DNA of 41,867 nt from a virus (taxonomy: Duplodnaviria; Caudoviricetes), in IMG/VR virus record IMGVR_UViG_3300017716_002053, positions 1-41,867 of that record. The stretch is one strand, 5' to 3'. The position numbers and the translations under genes are program-made. Below are positions 24,063-33,900 of this stretch, in pieces (position 1 is the stretch's first letter; every line of letters begins with the position of its first letter). The notes beneath the pieces were generated by a model that was not told the origin of the DNA, did no database searches, and saw only the letters and a list, made by a program, of their open reading frames with translations.

Positions 24063-24748
24063 TAGCGTCCACCCATGTAGCCGCCGAAGGCCTTGTTCAC
24101 CCCCTGGAGTGCTTGGGTGTAGGCGTTGGCCGAGCCGATGTAGCCGGAGGCACGGGCGTTGCCCGCTCCGATAGCGTTCTCGCCGAGCTGGCCCCCGAGT
24201 TGACCCGCGGCGCCCGACAGTGTGTTCGCGGCGGTCTGGCCTGCCCCCATGAGGCTTTGCAGCGGGTTCAACTGGTTGGTGCGGTTGACCTGATACCGAT
24301 TGAAGGCGTTTTGGTACTCCTGCGCCCCCATGTCCTGCCCGTAGCGTTGCAGCCCTTTGAACATGGACCCCGACAGGACCATGCCGCGCGCCGCTGCCGA
24401 CCGCTCCAGCGCCTTGTTGCCCTCAGCCAGCCGGAAGGCGTAGCCGGGGTCGGCCTGAAAGTCGTTCATCGAGAAGTCGCGGCCATAGCGACCGTAGTCA
24501 GCCGCCCCGGCGTTGCCGCCAATACCCATCAACTCCATCATCCGGTTCTGGCCGGTGATGCCGCCTTGCCGGAACGGCTCTTGCAGCCGGACCTGTTCGT
24601 CGAACATCTCCCTCTGGAGACGCGACGCCTCCGCAGCGGACGCGACCTGCGCGTTGGCCGCTTTCGTGGCCGCGCGGCCCTGCATGGCCCCGCCGATGAT
24701 GGAGCTACCTGCGCTCGCGCCGGCGACGGCGATCAAGGGGTTAGGCAC
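24062..24748 (-). CDS. DNA transfer/pilot protein (P22 gp7-like)
   Basis: GTG 24748 with GAGGAG SD; DPGYAFRLAEGNKALERSAAARG, GNARASGYIG motifs. Confidence 0.8.
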   Translation of the reverse strand: MPNPLIAVAGASAGSSIIGGAMQGRAATKAANAQVASAAEASRLQREMFDEQVRLQEPFRQGGITGQNRMMELMGIGGNAGAADYGRYGRDFSMNDFQADPGYAFRLAEGNKALERSAAARGMVLSGSMFKGLQRYGQDMGAQEYQNAFNRYQVNRTNQLNPLQSLMGAGQTAANTLSGAAGQLGGQLGENAIGAGNARASGYIGSANAYTQALQGVNKAFGGYMGGR

Positions 24749-25181
24749 AGGGGAACTCCTCTCGATAGGCCGCGAACGGCTCACCGTACATCATCATCAC
24801 GACGGGGGCCAGCCGCTGAGCTTCGGCCTGCCCATGGCACAGCAGGACGACCAGCAGCACCACGTCGTAGTAGGCCGCGCGCCACATGAACGACCGCTCG
24901 TCGGCCTTGCCGTCGTCCTCGGCGACGTTGGCCGCGTGCCATTTCAGGATGGCGGTGGCCAGCGCGGGCTGCAACGCAGCGGCGTTGGACAGGTAGAAGG
25001 GGTTGCCGGGCATGGACACCAGCGCGGCCCACAGCGGGGGCATGACAGCTCCGACCGGGTCGCCGTCATGCACGTCATCGAACGCCTGGATCACCCGCCA
25101 CAGGTCCAGCAGCCAGTCGACAGCGGGTTGGGGCAGGCCCAGCGACTGCTCATAGTGGTCGTGCAGCGCCGCCTCTATCAC
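24741..25181 (-). CDS. Hypothetical protein (146 aa)
   Basis: Coupled ORF in the virion operon; FDDVHDGD..NPFY motif. Confidence 0.75.
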   Translation of the reverse strand: MIEAALHDHYEQSLGLPQPAVDWLLDLWRVIQAFDDVHDGDPVGAVMPPLWAALVSMPGNPFYLSNAAALQPALATAILKWHAANVAEDDGKADERSFMWRAAYYDVVLLVVLLCHGQAEAQRLAPVVMMMYGEPFAAYREEFPCA

Positions 25182-25513
25182 GAGATCTGCCTCCCGCTGG
25201 CGCGGATGTTGAGCGTCGACGCCGCGCTGGCCAGCGTCGAGATCGTCCCGCCCGACACCAAGACGTGCCCAATGACCTCCGGGAGCAGATAGGTCTGCCC
25301 CGGCTGGATGCTGACCGCGTTAACGACCAGATTGGTATTGCCCGGGTTGTCCAGCGCCGCCACGAGGTTGACCGACAGCGTTGCCGCCGACGCGCCGTAG
25401 TTGGTGACGGTGAACTTGTCGATGATCGTGGTCACCGCCGTCGAGGTGTACTGCGTGGTCTGCGAGTTCTCGGCGGTCTTGCTGGGGATCAGGACGCGAA
25501 CGTAAACGGCCAT
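25178..25513 (-). CDS. Putative small virion protein (111 aa)
   Basis: AGGAGG SD; beta-rich. Confidence 0.75.
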   Translation of the reverse strand: MAVYVRVLIPSKTAENSQTTQYTSTAVTTIIDKFTVTNYGASAATLSVNLVAALDNPGNTNLVVNAVSIQPGQTYLLPEVIGHVLVSGGTISTLASAASTLNIRASGRQIS

Positions 25514-25522
25514 CTGGCCCTC

Positions 25523-26131
25523 CTATATCGTGAAGACGAAGCGGACGCGGCCAACCGAGCCACGGTCACCCCGCGCGCCGCCGAAGGTTGGGGGCGCGCC
25601 GTCGCCGCCCGCCCCGCCGAGCAACCCTCCGTCGCCCGCCGTCGCGGCTGCGCCGGCCAGAGAGAACGGCGCGCTGCCCGCGCCTGTGGTGTTGGTGTCG
25701 CCGCCCGAGGACGTGCCGCCCGCGCCTTGCGTGGCCGTACCGTCCGACAGGCCCCCGCCCCCGCCGAGCGAGATCAGCGAGGTGAGGATGTAGGTGCCGC
25801 TCGACGCCGTTGAGGTGCCCCCTGTGTTGCCGGGGTCGGCGGTGTTGGATCCCTGGCCCCCAACGCCGACGGCGTACATGATGGTCTTGCCGTCGTCGCC
25901 GGACAGCGCCAGCGTCTTCTTGCTGTACCCGCCCGCGCCCCCGCCCCCGCCCTCGCCGACAGCGTCGTCGCCCCGCCCGCCGCCGCCGCCGCCGCCCCAC
26001 GTCTCGATGACGAGGTCGGTCGCGCCGACAGGGACGGTGACCGTCCCTGACCCCGACGAGAAGTCGAAGGTGACGAGGTTCGGCTCTGACAGGACGCTCA
26101 AGCCGACCATGACTGCCATGACGCCGCTCAT
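25523..26131 (-). CDS. Glycine-rich tail-associated protein
   Basis: VPVGATDLVIETWGGGGGGG...GGGAGGYSKK glycine-rich domain; start 26131 by TGATG coupling. Confidence 0.75.
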   Translation of the reverse strand: MSGVMAVMVGLSVLSEPNLVTFDFSSGSGTVTVPVGATDLVIETWGGGGGGGRGDDAVGEGGGGGAGGYSKKTLALSGDDGKTIMYAVGVGGQGSNTADPGNTGGTSTASSGTYILTSLISLGGGGGLSDGTATQGAGGTSSGGDTNTTGAGSAPFSLAGAAATAGDGGLLGGAGGDGAPPTFGGARGDRGSVGRVRFVFTI

Positions 26132-26925
26132 CAGGTCACACCCAGCCCGCCGATGAGCCACGACGTCGCGCTGACCTTGACCAAGGTGGCCATCGAGTTC
26201 TGCGACATGGTGCGCGAGCCGGTCGTCGTGCTGTCGACCAGCGTCAGCGTGTCGGTCGTGATGGCGACGGTCAGGGAGGTGGCGTTCAGGTTGATGATGG
26301 CGATGGCCGTGCCGACAGGGAACGCCGTGGCCGCGTTGGCCGGGATCGTCAGGGTCAGCGACGTGCCGTTCATCACCACCGACTTGCCCCGGTCGGCCAG
26401 CGTCAGTTCATAGGCCGCCGTCTTGAGCGCCTGCGGCACGTCCAGATAGCCCGCCGTATAGCTGGTGGCGTCGGCGTCCTCGATGGTCGTCGTGCCGGTC
26501 AGCGCCGCGTCGTTGATCGGGGCGTAGGTCGCGGCAGCAACGGCGGCGGTGATGCTGTCGGCGATGCCGTAGCCCGCCAGCGTGGTCGGGGTGGCGGTCA
26601 CGTCCGCCCATGCGACGCCGGTCGAGCTGATGTCGTTGATGCCGTAGATGTCGTCGTAGGTGCCCAGCGTCGCGGCGTCGGCGTCCTTGAGGACGAACTT
26701 GTAGGCGACGCCGCCGGTCAGCCACACCTCGCTCTCCAGTCGCCCGGCGGCGTCCAGCACGATCGGGTTGCTGTTCGGCGTGGCCCCACCGGCGTCCGTG
26801 TAGGTGGTCTCCAGCGTCGAGGTGCCTGCGGCGTAGGTGTAGAGCAGCCCGGCGGTCAGCGGATCACCGGAGTTGTCGAGGAACTGTGTGCCCGCGCCGG
26901 CGAGGGGGGAGAGGAAGATGGTCAT
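26131..26925 (-). CDS. Tail fibre/adaptor with P22-like head-binding N-terminus
   Basis: QFLDNSGDPLTAGLLYTYAAGT...NPIVLDAAGR; PTTLAGYGI fibre motif; C-terminal TIPANA..AFPVGT domain. Confidence 0.75.
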   Translation of the reverse strand: MTIFLSPLAGAGTQFLDNSGDPLTAGLLYTYAAGTSTLETTYTDAGGATPNSNPIVLDAAGRLESEVWLTGGVAYKFVLKDADAATLGTYDDIYGINDISSTGVAWADVTATPTTLAGYGIADSITAAVAAATYAPINDAALTGTTTIEDADATSYTAGYLDVPQALKTAAYELTLADRGKSVVMNGTSLTLTIPANAATAFPVGTAIAIINLNATSLTVAITTDTLTLVDSTTTGSRTMSQNSMATLVKVSATSWLIGGLGVT

Positions 26926-27617
26926 GGGTTAACCTGCGTGATGCTCAGAAGCGCCGACGGCCCGGCGGGCGAGAAGGCGGTGGCCGCCACGGCGGCGAGA
27001 GTAACATTGGTGCTGTCAGAAGCCCACATGGCTTGAAGGTAGTCCGTCTGCGCCAGTTGCACGGTCATCGTGAGCGTGTGCCCGGCCTCGCCGTCGCTGC
27101 CCTTGACGCGCCACTGGCGCGCGGTGTTGGCCAGATCGGTGCCGTTCTTGCGCAGCCATAGCCACAGCAGGCTGTCGCCGCCCGCCGTCTTGTCGATCTG
27201 CACGCCGTAGGACACCAGATAGGTGCCCGCCTGCCCCGGCTTGACCTGCGACGAGGAGGCCAGCCCGACGCCCGCCGATTGCACGGTGGTGTCGAAGGTG
27301 ACGACGGTGGCCGTGTTCGCCCCCGCCAGGGTCTGCGCGGCGGTGTTGGCGTAGCTGGCGTAGCGCGGCTGCGTGACGACCCGCGGCGGCGCGAGCGCCA
27401 GACCCTGCACGTCGGCGCGGATCAGGTCCATCGTCGCCTCGGTCTCGGCGTCGCTGAACGGCGCGAGGGCGAGGTCGCTGAGGGTGATGGCGGTAGTGCC
27501 GCTGCCCGCTTGGCCGAACAGGTTGTTAAACCAGCGATACCACTCCCGCGACATGACCTGCGAGCCGGGCTCCAGCAGCGGCACGCGGGCGGCGGGGATG
27601 GAGGTGACGTCAGCCAT
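26922..27617 (-). CDS. Tail protein (needle position) with beta-sandwich C-terminus
   Basis: MSREWYRWF N-terminus typical after gp10-like genes; GTYLVSY...WLRKNG C1q-like segment. Confidence 0.65.
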   Translation of the reverse strand: MADVTSIPAARVPLLEPGSQVMSREWYRWFNNLFGQAGSGTTAITLSDLALAPFSDAETEATMDLIRADVQGLALAPPRVVTQPRYASYANTAAQTLAGANTATVVTFDTTVQSAGVGLASSSQVKPGQAGTYLVSYGVQIDKTAGGDSLLWLWLRKNGTDLANTARQWRVKGSDGEAGHTLTMTVQLAQTDYLQAMWASDSTNVTLAAVAATAFSPAGPSALLSITQVNP

Positions 27618-29127
27618 TGGTGCCGTTCAGCAGCAGTTCGGCCCCCATGATCGCCACCTTGACCGGGGCAGTGCCGGACACCTCATAGACGCGGTCGCGC
27701 AGCTTGTTGGTCATCCCCAGCCTGCGCCAGATGACGCGCGTCTGCGACGTGCCGATCAGGCCCATGGAGCGCCAGTGCTCGGACGACCATGTGTGGCCGC
27801 CGTCATCGGACCAGCGCATCATCACCTGCGGGTCGGCTCCCTCGGTGATCTCGTAGCCGAGCATCAGCGGGACGCCGTCCTCGACGTACAGCATCACGCC
27901 GTCCTCCGTGAGTAGCGGCTCGTCGAAGGCGTGGCCCTCCAGCCCGACGCCGGTCTCGCAGATCAGTTGGAGCGAGTGCTGCGCCGTGCGCTTGAAGTCG
28001 TTCTGGCCGGTCGGCAGCGCGCGCCAGCGGCGCAGCCACTTCTGCGCTTCGCCGTTGTCGTCGAAGGTGTCCAGATCCAGTGCGTACAGGTTGCCGTTCT
28101 CGTAGTCGCCGACGATCAGCGCGCCTTGGAAGTTGACGAAGCAGTTGGACCGATGGCGGGTGAACACCCCGTTGAGCAGCCCCCTGCGCTCGTGCCATGC
28201 GCTCGTCGCGGCATCGAACACCCACGTCGTGTTGGCCAGCGGGAAGTTGAGGACGTAGAACTCGTGGCCGTCCTGCTGATAGGAGTAGGCCACCGCGTCC
28301 GTCATGTCGGCGTAGCTCTGGATGGCGAACTCGACGGCGTGGGTGGAGATGCGCTGCGCCGCGTAGCCGTTGGCGCGGTAGACGATCCCCCGCCCCCGTG
28401 CGTCCTGCCCCAGCCACGCGATCGAGTTGTCCAGCTTGGCGATGGAGTTGGGGGCGACGCAGCCGACCTCGTTGTAGGCGCCCTGGATGCGCGCCAAGGG
28501 GAAGTCGGCGTCGCCCGCATTGTACCAGACCTCGGTCGAGTTGACGCCGAACACCCACACCTCGCGGTGGTTGGCCACCAGACCGACGACGTTGTCGGGC
28601 GCGCCCTCGGCACTGGCGAAGTCCAGCGGGTCCACCGTCGCACCGTCGAACAGGGTGGTGACCCAAATGCGCTGCGAGTTGGGCTCGGAGAAGACGAAAT
28701 ACCCGTCGAGATACGCGACGGTGCTGGATCCGGCGAAGTCCTCGTCGGTGATCTCGGCCAGTACGCCCGTGTTGAAGTTGTAGATGTAGCCTTTCGGGTC
28801 GGCGGCGATGAACAGTTGCGTGCCGTTGTCTGCCATGGAGACGGGGCCGGTGTTCGTGACCGTGCCGACCAGCGTGGCGACGCCTGCGGAGGTGATCGAG
28901 TAGAACTCCTGCCCCGACACGACGTAGCCGACGCTGTTGTGCGACCACAGTCCCTGTATCGGGCCGGTGCCGACCGACGAGATGAACCGCAGCCCCGGCG
29001 CGCGCTGGAGATACGCCGCCTCCAGCCCGCCCTCGGCCAGCACCTCGGGGTAGAGGTTGACCATGCGGTTGTCCGCAGCGTTGACGCTGCGGACCACATA
29101 GCTGGATCCTAGTATCGGACTTTTCAC
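27610..29127 (-). CDS. Packaged DNA stabilization/tail hub protein (P22 gp10-like)
   Basis: VNLYPE, VSMADNG, FASAEGAPD, RWSDDGGHTW, WRRLG. Confidence 0.85.
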   Translation of the reverse strand: MKSPILGSSYVVRSVNAADNRMVNLYPEVLAEGGLEAAYLQRAPGLRFISSVGTGPIQGLWSHNSVGYVVSGQEFYSITSAGVATLVGTVTNTGPVSMADNGTQLFIAADPKGYIYNFNTGVLAEITDEDFAGSSTVAYLDGYFVFSEPNSQRIWVTTLFDGATVDPLDFASAEGAPDNVVGLVANHREVWVFGVNSTEVWYNAGDADFPLARIQGAYNEVGCVAPNSIAKLDNSIAWLGQDARGRGIVYRANGYAAQRISTHAVEFAIQSYADMTDAVAYSYQQDGHEFYVLNFPLANTTWVFDAATSAWHERRGLLNGVFTRHRSNCFVNFQGALIVGDYENGNLYALDLDTFDDNGEAQKWLRRWRALPTGQNDFKRTAQHSLQLICETGVGLEGHAFDEPLLTEDGVMLYVEDGVPLMLGYEITEGADPQVMMRWSDDGGHTWSSEHWRSMGLIGTSQTRVIWRRLGMTNKLRDRVYEVSGTAPVKVAIMGAELLLNGTNG

Positions 29128-29128
29128 G

Positions 29129-29839
29129 TCAGTTCGGCTGGTTGGTGTAGATGTTGTACCGCGCCGGCGAGCCCATCAGGCTGCCCGGCATGGCCATCAG
29201 GTCGTTCGGGTTGTTGATCCGCTTGAGGTTGCGCTTGGCCACCATGGCGATCCGCTTCACCTCCGGCGACGGCTCGACGCCGAACTCGGCGGCCAGTTCA
29301 CAGGCGAGGTTGTACCGGAAGGCGCGCAGGTAGCCGGGCGGGAAGCTGAGGGTGGTGCCGAGCGACGCGGGCTGCGTCAGCTCCAGCACCGAGATGAAGT
29401 GCCACGTCAACGCCTGCGTCGGCACCGGGTAGACCTTGTACGTGGTGTTCGGGTGGGTTGCCTCGGCGTAGATGACCTGCGGGTAGGTGCTCGTGACCGT
29501 CTTGAGGACGATCGCGTTGTACTCCGCCTCGTTGATGAGCAGCGGCGTGAACGACAGCCCGCTCGGGTCGACGTAGTAGGTGCTGTCCGACAGCAGCACG
29601 GGCCGTAGCCCGACGAAGTCGCCGGTCGGCCCGAGCGTGCGTGTGGTCTGGTTGGCAGGCCACGAGAAGGTCTGATCCTGGGTGCAATAAACGGCGAGCC
29701 TCTCGGTGCTCCAGCTGTCTATCATCATGTTCATGGCGGCCAGCGCGTCCTGCGCCGTCTCGCCAGAGGGGGCCTCGCCCTCAGCCAGTTGTCCGATCAG
29801 ACGGAGCGCGCCGTAGATGATGTCTCCTGCGGTCGTCAT
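29129..29839 (-). CDS. Head-to-tail adaptor (P22 gp4-like)
   Basis: TAGDIIYGALRLIG...LAAMNMMIDSW; PPGYLRAFRYNLACELA. Confidence 0.75.
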   Translation of the reverse strand: MTTAGDIIYGALRLIGQLAEGEAPSGETAQDALAAMNMMIDSWSTERLAVYCTQDQTFSWPANQTTRTLGPTGDFVGLRPVLLSDSTYYVDPSGLSFTPLLINEAEYNAIVLKTVTSTYPQVIYAEATHPNTTYKVYPVPTQALTWHFISVLELTQPASLGTTLSFPPGYLRAFRYNLACELAAEFGVEPSPEVKRIAMVAKRNLKRINNPNDLMAMPGSLMGSPARYNIYTNQPN

Positions 29840-29869
29840 GCGCTCGTCCTGTCGTTGGCAAGGGTAGAG

Positions 29870-29895
29870 CCGCCCCGGCGGTTAAGCCGGGGCGG
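29870..29895 (-). terminator. Stem-loop after the capsid operon
   Basis: 10-bp perfect stem CCGCCCCGGC/GCCGGGGCGG; weak U tail. Confidence 0.55.
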
Positions 29896-29904
29896 GGCAG
29901 GCAC

Positions 29905-30315
29905 TTACGCGATGCGGTACAGCGTCCACGCGGCGTCGCCCGTCTTGCGGGCGCGGAACGCTTGAGCGGTGCCGGCGGTGGCCACGACGGTCAGGAGACC
30001 GGAGGTGGACCAGCCGGTGCCCGCGACCAGGGTGATGACGCCCGAGCCGTTGCCGTCGACGTTGATGACGGCGAGGTCGAAGGACGACCCGACCTTGGCG
30101 TTGCCGAGGGCGGCGTCCAGCGAAGCACAGGTCGGCAGGGTGTAGGACGCGGCGGTCGCGTTGGGGCTACCCAACAGGATGCCGCTGGTGATCTGCGCGA
30201 CCGTCAGGGTGGCGGTGGAGGTGGCGGTGGCCGGAGCCGGGACCGGGGTGAGGGCGACCTCGTTGAGATTGCCGTCGCCGATCTGGGAGCCGCCACCGAT
30301 GTTCGAGATGGTCAT
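29905..30315 (-). CDS. Putative capsid decoration/cement protein
   Basis: Directly after the major capsid gene; AAGGAG SD; beta-rich. Confidence 0.6.
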   Translation of the reverse strand: MTISNIGGGSQIGDGNLNEVALTPVPAPATATSTATLTVAQITSGILLGSPNATAASYTLPTCASLDAALGNAKVGSSFDLAVINVDGNGSGVITLVAGTGWSTSGLLTVVATAGTAQAFRARKTGDAAWTLYRIA

Positions 30316-30339
30316 AGTAGTCTCTCCTTGCGCTGGGGG

Positions 30340-31548
30340 TTAGCCGAGCAGGCGGGTGGCGGCGGCGGCGCGGATCGCGGCGTAGCCGTACAGGACGTCG
30401 ATGCGGCAGGGCATGCGGTCGTTGTTGATGTCGTAATCACGAACGATGCGCATGGAGATGCCGTTGTGGACCTGACGCGAGGCCATGTCGACGCCCTGCG
30501 GAAGCAGCAGGTCGGCGGTGGCGAACGAGAAAGCGTCCTTGTGGTAGATCAGGTTCTGCGGAGCCGAGGTCGAGGCGACGCCGTCGAACACGATGGCGGC
30601 GGTGGCGACCGGGAAGGCGTCGACCGTGGCCAGAGCGTGAGCGGCGGTGTAGATCGGCGGGCTGATCGCGACCGAGGTGTACGCGCCGCCCGAGGCCGTG
30701 TTGGCCGCGGTGCAGACGAACTTCTGCAACGAGCCGGTGCTCTCACGGGTCTGCGGGTTGACGGCGTAGACGCCGGCGATCGTGAAGGTGTCGCCGCGGT
30801 TGATGACCTGCGAGCCCGTGCCGGTGATGGCGAGGGTCGCTTGGCCCTGGGTCGCGACCGTGGTGGTCACGGTAGCGCCGGTGGCCGCGCGGGTGCCGTA
30901 GGTGTGGACCTTGATCGACTGAGACATGTTGATCTCGTTGTAGCCGAGCACGCCCTCGCCCATCATGCCGCTCTTGAACTGGCGGCTGACCACGTCGCCC
31001 GGATTGAACAGGCCCTTGAGCCCTTCGACCAGAGCCGCGTTGGCTGCGGGGTTGACGGTCGCGTAGCGCGGCGACATCGGGACGGCGCCTTCGTTCAGCA
31101 CCTGTTGGCCCGACAGCAGGACCTGCGAGGTGGCAGGCGTGGTGCCTGCGGTGCCCACGGCGTTGTAGACGTCCTTGTAGACGTTGGCGACGTCAGCGTC
31201 GACGCTGGCGGCGAGCTGGCTGATCCGGGGTTTCAGGATGCGGTCGGCGAAGTCGTCCAGCGACAGGGCCATCTCGGCGGTCGTGAAGTTGACGCCGATG
31301 TGCTTCTGGTTGGACACCGACATCGTGGTGTACTGCTCGTTCTCGTCCTGCACTTGCAGGGCGGCACCGTCGGTGACGAGGGCGCGGTCGGGCAGGCGGA
31401 TGCGCAGGGCGGAGCCGATCTTGGCACCTTCCTTGGCGAAGCTGTCGTCGTACTGGCGGTTGATGTTACGCGTCAGGACGAGGTTGTTTTCAAAGATCTC
31501 CAGGGCCTTCCTGGTGATCATGTCGATGGTAAGCAGAGAGTTGGCCAC
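30340..31548 (-). CDS. Major capsid protein (P22 gp5 family)
   Basis: ANSLLTIDMITRKAL, KIGSALRIRLP, YHKDAFSFATADL, RIDVLYG. Confidence 0.92.
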   Translation of the reverse strand: MANSLLTIDMITRKALEIFENNLVLTRNINRQYDDSFAKEGAKIGSALRIRLPDRALVTDGAALQVQDENEQYTTMSVSNQKHIGVNFTTAEMALSLDDFADRILKPRISQLAASVDADVANVYKDVYNAVGTAGTTPATSQVLLSGQQVLNEGAVPMSPRYATVNPAANAALVEGLKGLFNPGDVVSRQFKSGMMGEGVLGYNEINMSQSIKVHTYGTRAATGATVTTTVATQGQATLAITGTGSQVINRGDTFTIAGVYAVNPQTRESTGSLQKFVCTAANTASGGAYTSVAISPPIYTAAHALATVDAFPVATAAIVFDGVASTSAPQNLIYHKDAFSFATADLLLPQGVDMASRQVHNGISMRIVRDYDINNDRMPCRIDVLYGYAAIRAAAATRLLG

Positions 31549-31573
31549 GGTCGTGGTTCCTTGCAGACGGGGT

Positions 31574-32311
31574 TCAGTGGGCCGCTTTTCTCATCTGCCG
31601 TTGCCGTTCCTGCGCGATCCAGTCCGACGTGCTCATCGTGGAGATGGAGCGGGGGTCGGTGGTGTCGTAGGCGGGGGTGCCATTGCTGACAGGCGTGACA
31701 GGCGAGATAGGCGGTGGTGCGGAGGTGGTGCGTTTGACCGGGGGAGCGGCAGCCAGAGCGGCTTCGATCCGTCCGATCTCCTTGGCCTGCAAGAGCGGCG
31801 ACAACTTCGAGATCCGGGCGGCTTCCGTCGGATTGGACCCGAGGTGATAGAGCACGTCGGGGCCTTGGTCGGAGGCGCGGATGGTTTCGGCCATCTCGGC
31901 TGTGATCGGCAGTGACGGGTTGTAGGCGACCTGTTTGAAGTCGTCGTACTTCCCGAGGGCCTGCTCCTCGCGGTCGAAATAGGCTTCTGCAACGGCGTCC
32001 TGCTGACGCTGGCGCTCCCTCTGCTCGACCAAGGCGAGTGCCTTTTGTTCTGCCAGCGCCTCGGCGTATGCCTCGGTGCTCTCGAACTGGTCAGCCGGCG
32101 GAAGGGGTGCTGGCGGTGGCGCTTGGCGCTGTTGCTCTCGTTCCCATTTTCGCTGCTCTCGTGCGAGACGCTTCCCGATTGCGGCGTCCAACTCCTCTTG
32201 AGTGAACGTCTTGGGCGGTGCGTCTTCCGGCGTTTGGACTTCGATAACGGGAGGGGCCGTGACCTCCAGTTCCGGCGCGGCTTCAACCCCCGCTGGGCTT
32301 TCTTCGGTCAT
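31574..32311 (-). CDS. Scaffolding protein
   Basis: Upstream of capsid; KTFTQEELD..IGKRLARE, YHLGSNP, EIGRIEA, APPPISPV. Confidence 0.85.
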   Translation of the reverse strand: MTEESPAGVEAAPELEVTAPPVIEVQTPEDAPPKTFTQEELDAAIGKRLAREQRKWEREQQRQAPPPAPLPPADQFESTEAYAEALAEQKALALVEQRERQRQQDAVAEAYFDREEQALGKYDDFKQVAYNPSLPITAEMAETIRASDQGPDVLYHLGSNPTEAARISKLSPLLQAKEIGRIEAALAAAPPVKRTTSAPPPISPVTPVSNGTPAYDTTDPRSISTMSTSDWIAQERQRQMRKAAH

Positions 32312-32364
32312 ATTGGCTCTCTGAGAACCCCCGGTGCGCTGCGCCGGTACAGTGTTGTGCTGTG

Positions 32365-32393
32365 AAGGTAACTGCGTTGCAGTTTTTTGGCAA
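32365..32393 (-). promoter_or_regulatory. Putative promoter for scaffold/capsid genes
   Basis: Minus strand TTGCCA-N17-TACCTT; AACTGC/GCAGTT inverted repeat overlapping the spacer. Confidence 0.45.
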
Positions 32394-32663
32394 CTACCAG
32401 AGTTGCCACCAGCGACGGCGCTGGCTTTCGGCGATCGCGACGACCGCGTCCTTCTTGATGTTGCAGACGCGCAGGTCGCCGTCGCCGGCGATGATGGCGC
32501 TCGACAGGTCGCCGATCGTCTGCGCGCCGGACACGTCGACCGTGCTCTCGCAGGGGGCCTTAAGGCTATCGGGTATTGCCATTCCCGCGCCGCACCCGCT
32601 CAAGAGACTTCCCGTAGCCAGCAGGCAGGGGAGTGTCAGAGCCTTCGATCTGGTCTGCTGCAC
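32394..32663 (-). CDS. o-spanin (Rz1-like lipoprotein)
   Basis: Lipobox LLSGC, Pro-rich, CN..K C-terminal motif; overlaps the i-spanin 3' end. Confidence 0.75.
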   Translation of the reverse strand: MQQTRSKALTLPCLLATGSLLSGCGAGMAIPDSLKAPCESTVDVSGAQTIGDLSSAIIAGDGDLRVCNIKKDAVVAIAESQRRRWWQLW

Positions 32664-32868
32664 GTTGCTTCTCCTCTTGTTCCTGCCGGATGACAGGCGT
32701 TTGTTCGGCCACCTTGTCGAGCGCCTTGCCCGTGGCGGCGGCTACCCGGGCATCGTCGCGTCCGCCGCGGCCCGCGCACCAGGCGAGCGTGACGCCCATG
32801 AAGATCAGGACGACGATCACAGCGCCGATCTGGATGGCGCGGGTTCCTGCGTTGTCGAGGCCGAACAT
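32566..32868 (-). CDS. i-spanin (Rz-like)
   Basis: N-terminal TM then coiled coil; start 32868 coupled to the endolysin stop. Confidence 0.7.
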   Translation of the reverse strand: MFGLDNAGTRAIQIGAVIVVLIFMGVTLAWCAGRGGRDDARVAAATGKALDKVAEQTPVIRQEQEEKQRAADQIEGSDTPLPAGYGKSLERVRRGNGNTR

Positions 32869-33413
32869 CAGCTTGCTCCATAGAGGGCGGCTTCCGCCGC
32901 GCGGCGACGGGCCAGGCCCTTCATCACCTTGCCGTCGTTCTTGTCCCAACGGCTGAACTGGAGCTTGGCCCCGGCGTAGTCGCCCGCCCGGTGCATCCGC
33001 AGCAGCGTGCTGTCGTTCAGGGCACTCAGGCCGACGTTGTAGGCAAACGAGACCAGCGCATCGAACTGGTTCTGCGTCGTCACCGGAGCCATCAGGGCCA
33101 CGGCCTTCTCGAACCGGCCAAGGTCAGCGGCGAACCGGGCGTCGGCTTGCTCCTGCGTCCAGACGACGCCCTTGGCGATGCCGGGGCCAGTGCTGCCCCA
33201 GCCGATCGTCCACGGCTTTCCATCAACCGACCCAGGATCCGGGTACGCCTCCAGTCGGCAGCTCTCGAACGAATGGATCAGGTCGATCCCGGCCTTGCTG
33301 ACGCGCTTGCCGGGGGCGGGCGGGGCGAGGACGGCGTTCAGCGCGTCCACGTCTGCCTGCGTCAGCGGCTCGCCCTTGATCGTGCGCACGACGTCGAAGA
33401 TGGCCTTGCTCAT
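32868..33413 (-). CDS. Endolysin, GH24 lysozyme
   Basis: FESCRLEAYPDPG...WTIGWG, QNQFDALVSFAYNVG, GLARRRAAE. Confidence 0.93.
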   Translation of the reverse strand: MSKAIFDVVRTIKGEPLTQADVDALNAVLAPPAPGKRVSKAGIDLIHSFESCRLEAYPDPGSVDGKPWTIGWGSTGPGIAKGVVWTQEQADARFAADLGRFEKAVALMAPVTTQNQFDALVSFAYNVGLSALNDSTLLRMHRAGDYAGAKLQFSRWDKNDGKVMKGLARRRAAEAALYGAS

Positions 33414-33715
33414 GTCGTCGGCGTCCCCGCGTTGGCCTGCGCGACATCGACGTCGCGGCGCGCGCGGGCGGTGTTGATGGCCTCGACAGCCTTGCCGAGA
33501 TAGAGCGTGCCGACGCCGAGGAAGTATGCGCCGGCGAAGATGGCACCGTCGTTGCCGTTCTCGACCTTGGACGAGATGACGATGGTCGCCCACGAGGCGG
33601 CGAAGGAGGTGGAGATGATGGCGAAGGGACGCGCCAGGTCACCGATGAACGCCTTGACGCGCTCGCTCATGTGGATCGGCGGAACCTCGCGGGGGAGAAC
33701 GGGTGTGTCGGTCAT
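33410..33715 (-). CDS. Putative holin (2 TM)
   Basis: Two hydrophobic helices and charged C-terminus, immediately upstream of the endolysin. Confidence 0.65.
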   Translation of the reverse strand: MTDTPVLPREVPPIHMSERVKAFIGDLARPFAIISTSFAASWATIVISSKVENGNDGAIFAGAYFLGVGTLYLGKAVEAINTARARRDVDVAQANAGTPTT

Positions 33716-33900
33716 GCCAGCCCCAACACCTCTGAAACCTTCGGCAGCAGCAGGGTCAGCACCACGCCGAACCCGACCGCCGCCCCCATCTGCCAACGCT
33801 GCGTCAGCATCACCGCCTCCATGCGGGCCTCCAGCTTCTCAATGCGATCAGTCAGATGGCCGACGTTGCTCGCCACCACTTCTAGGTTTGCCTCGCTCAC
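33712..33900 (-). CDS. Coiled-coil plus C-terminal TM protein (holin/antiholin-like)
   Basis: DRIEKLEARME followed by a TM segment. Confidence 0.6.
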   Translation of the reverse strand: MSEANLEVVASNVGHLTDRIEKLEARMEAVMLTQRWQMGAAVGFGVVLTLLLPKVSEVLGLA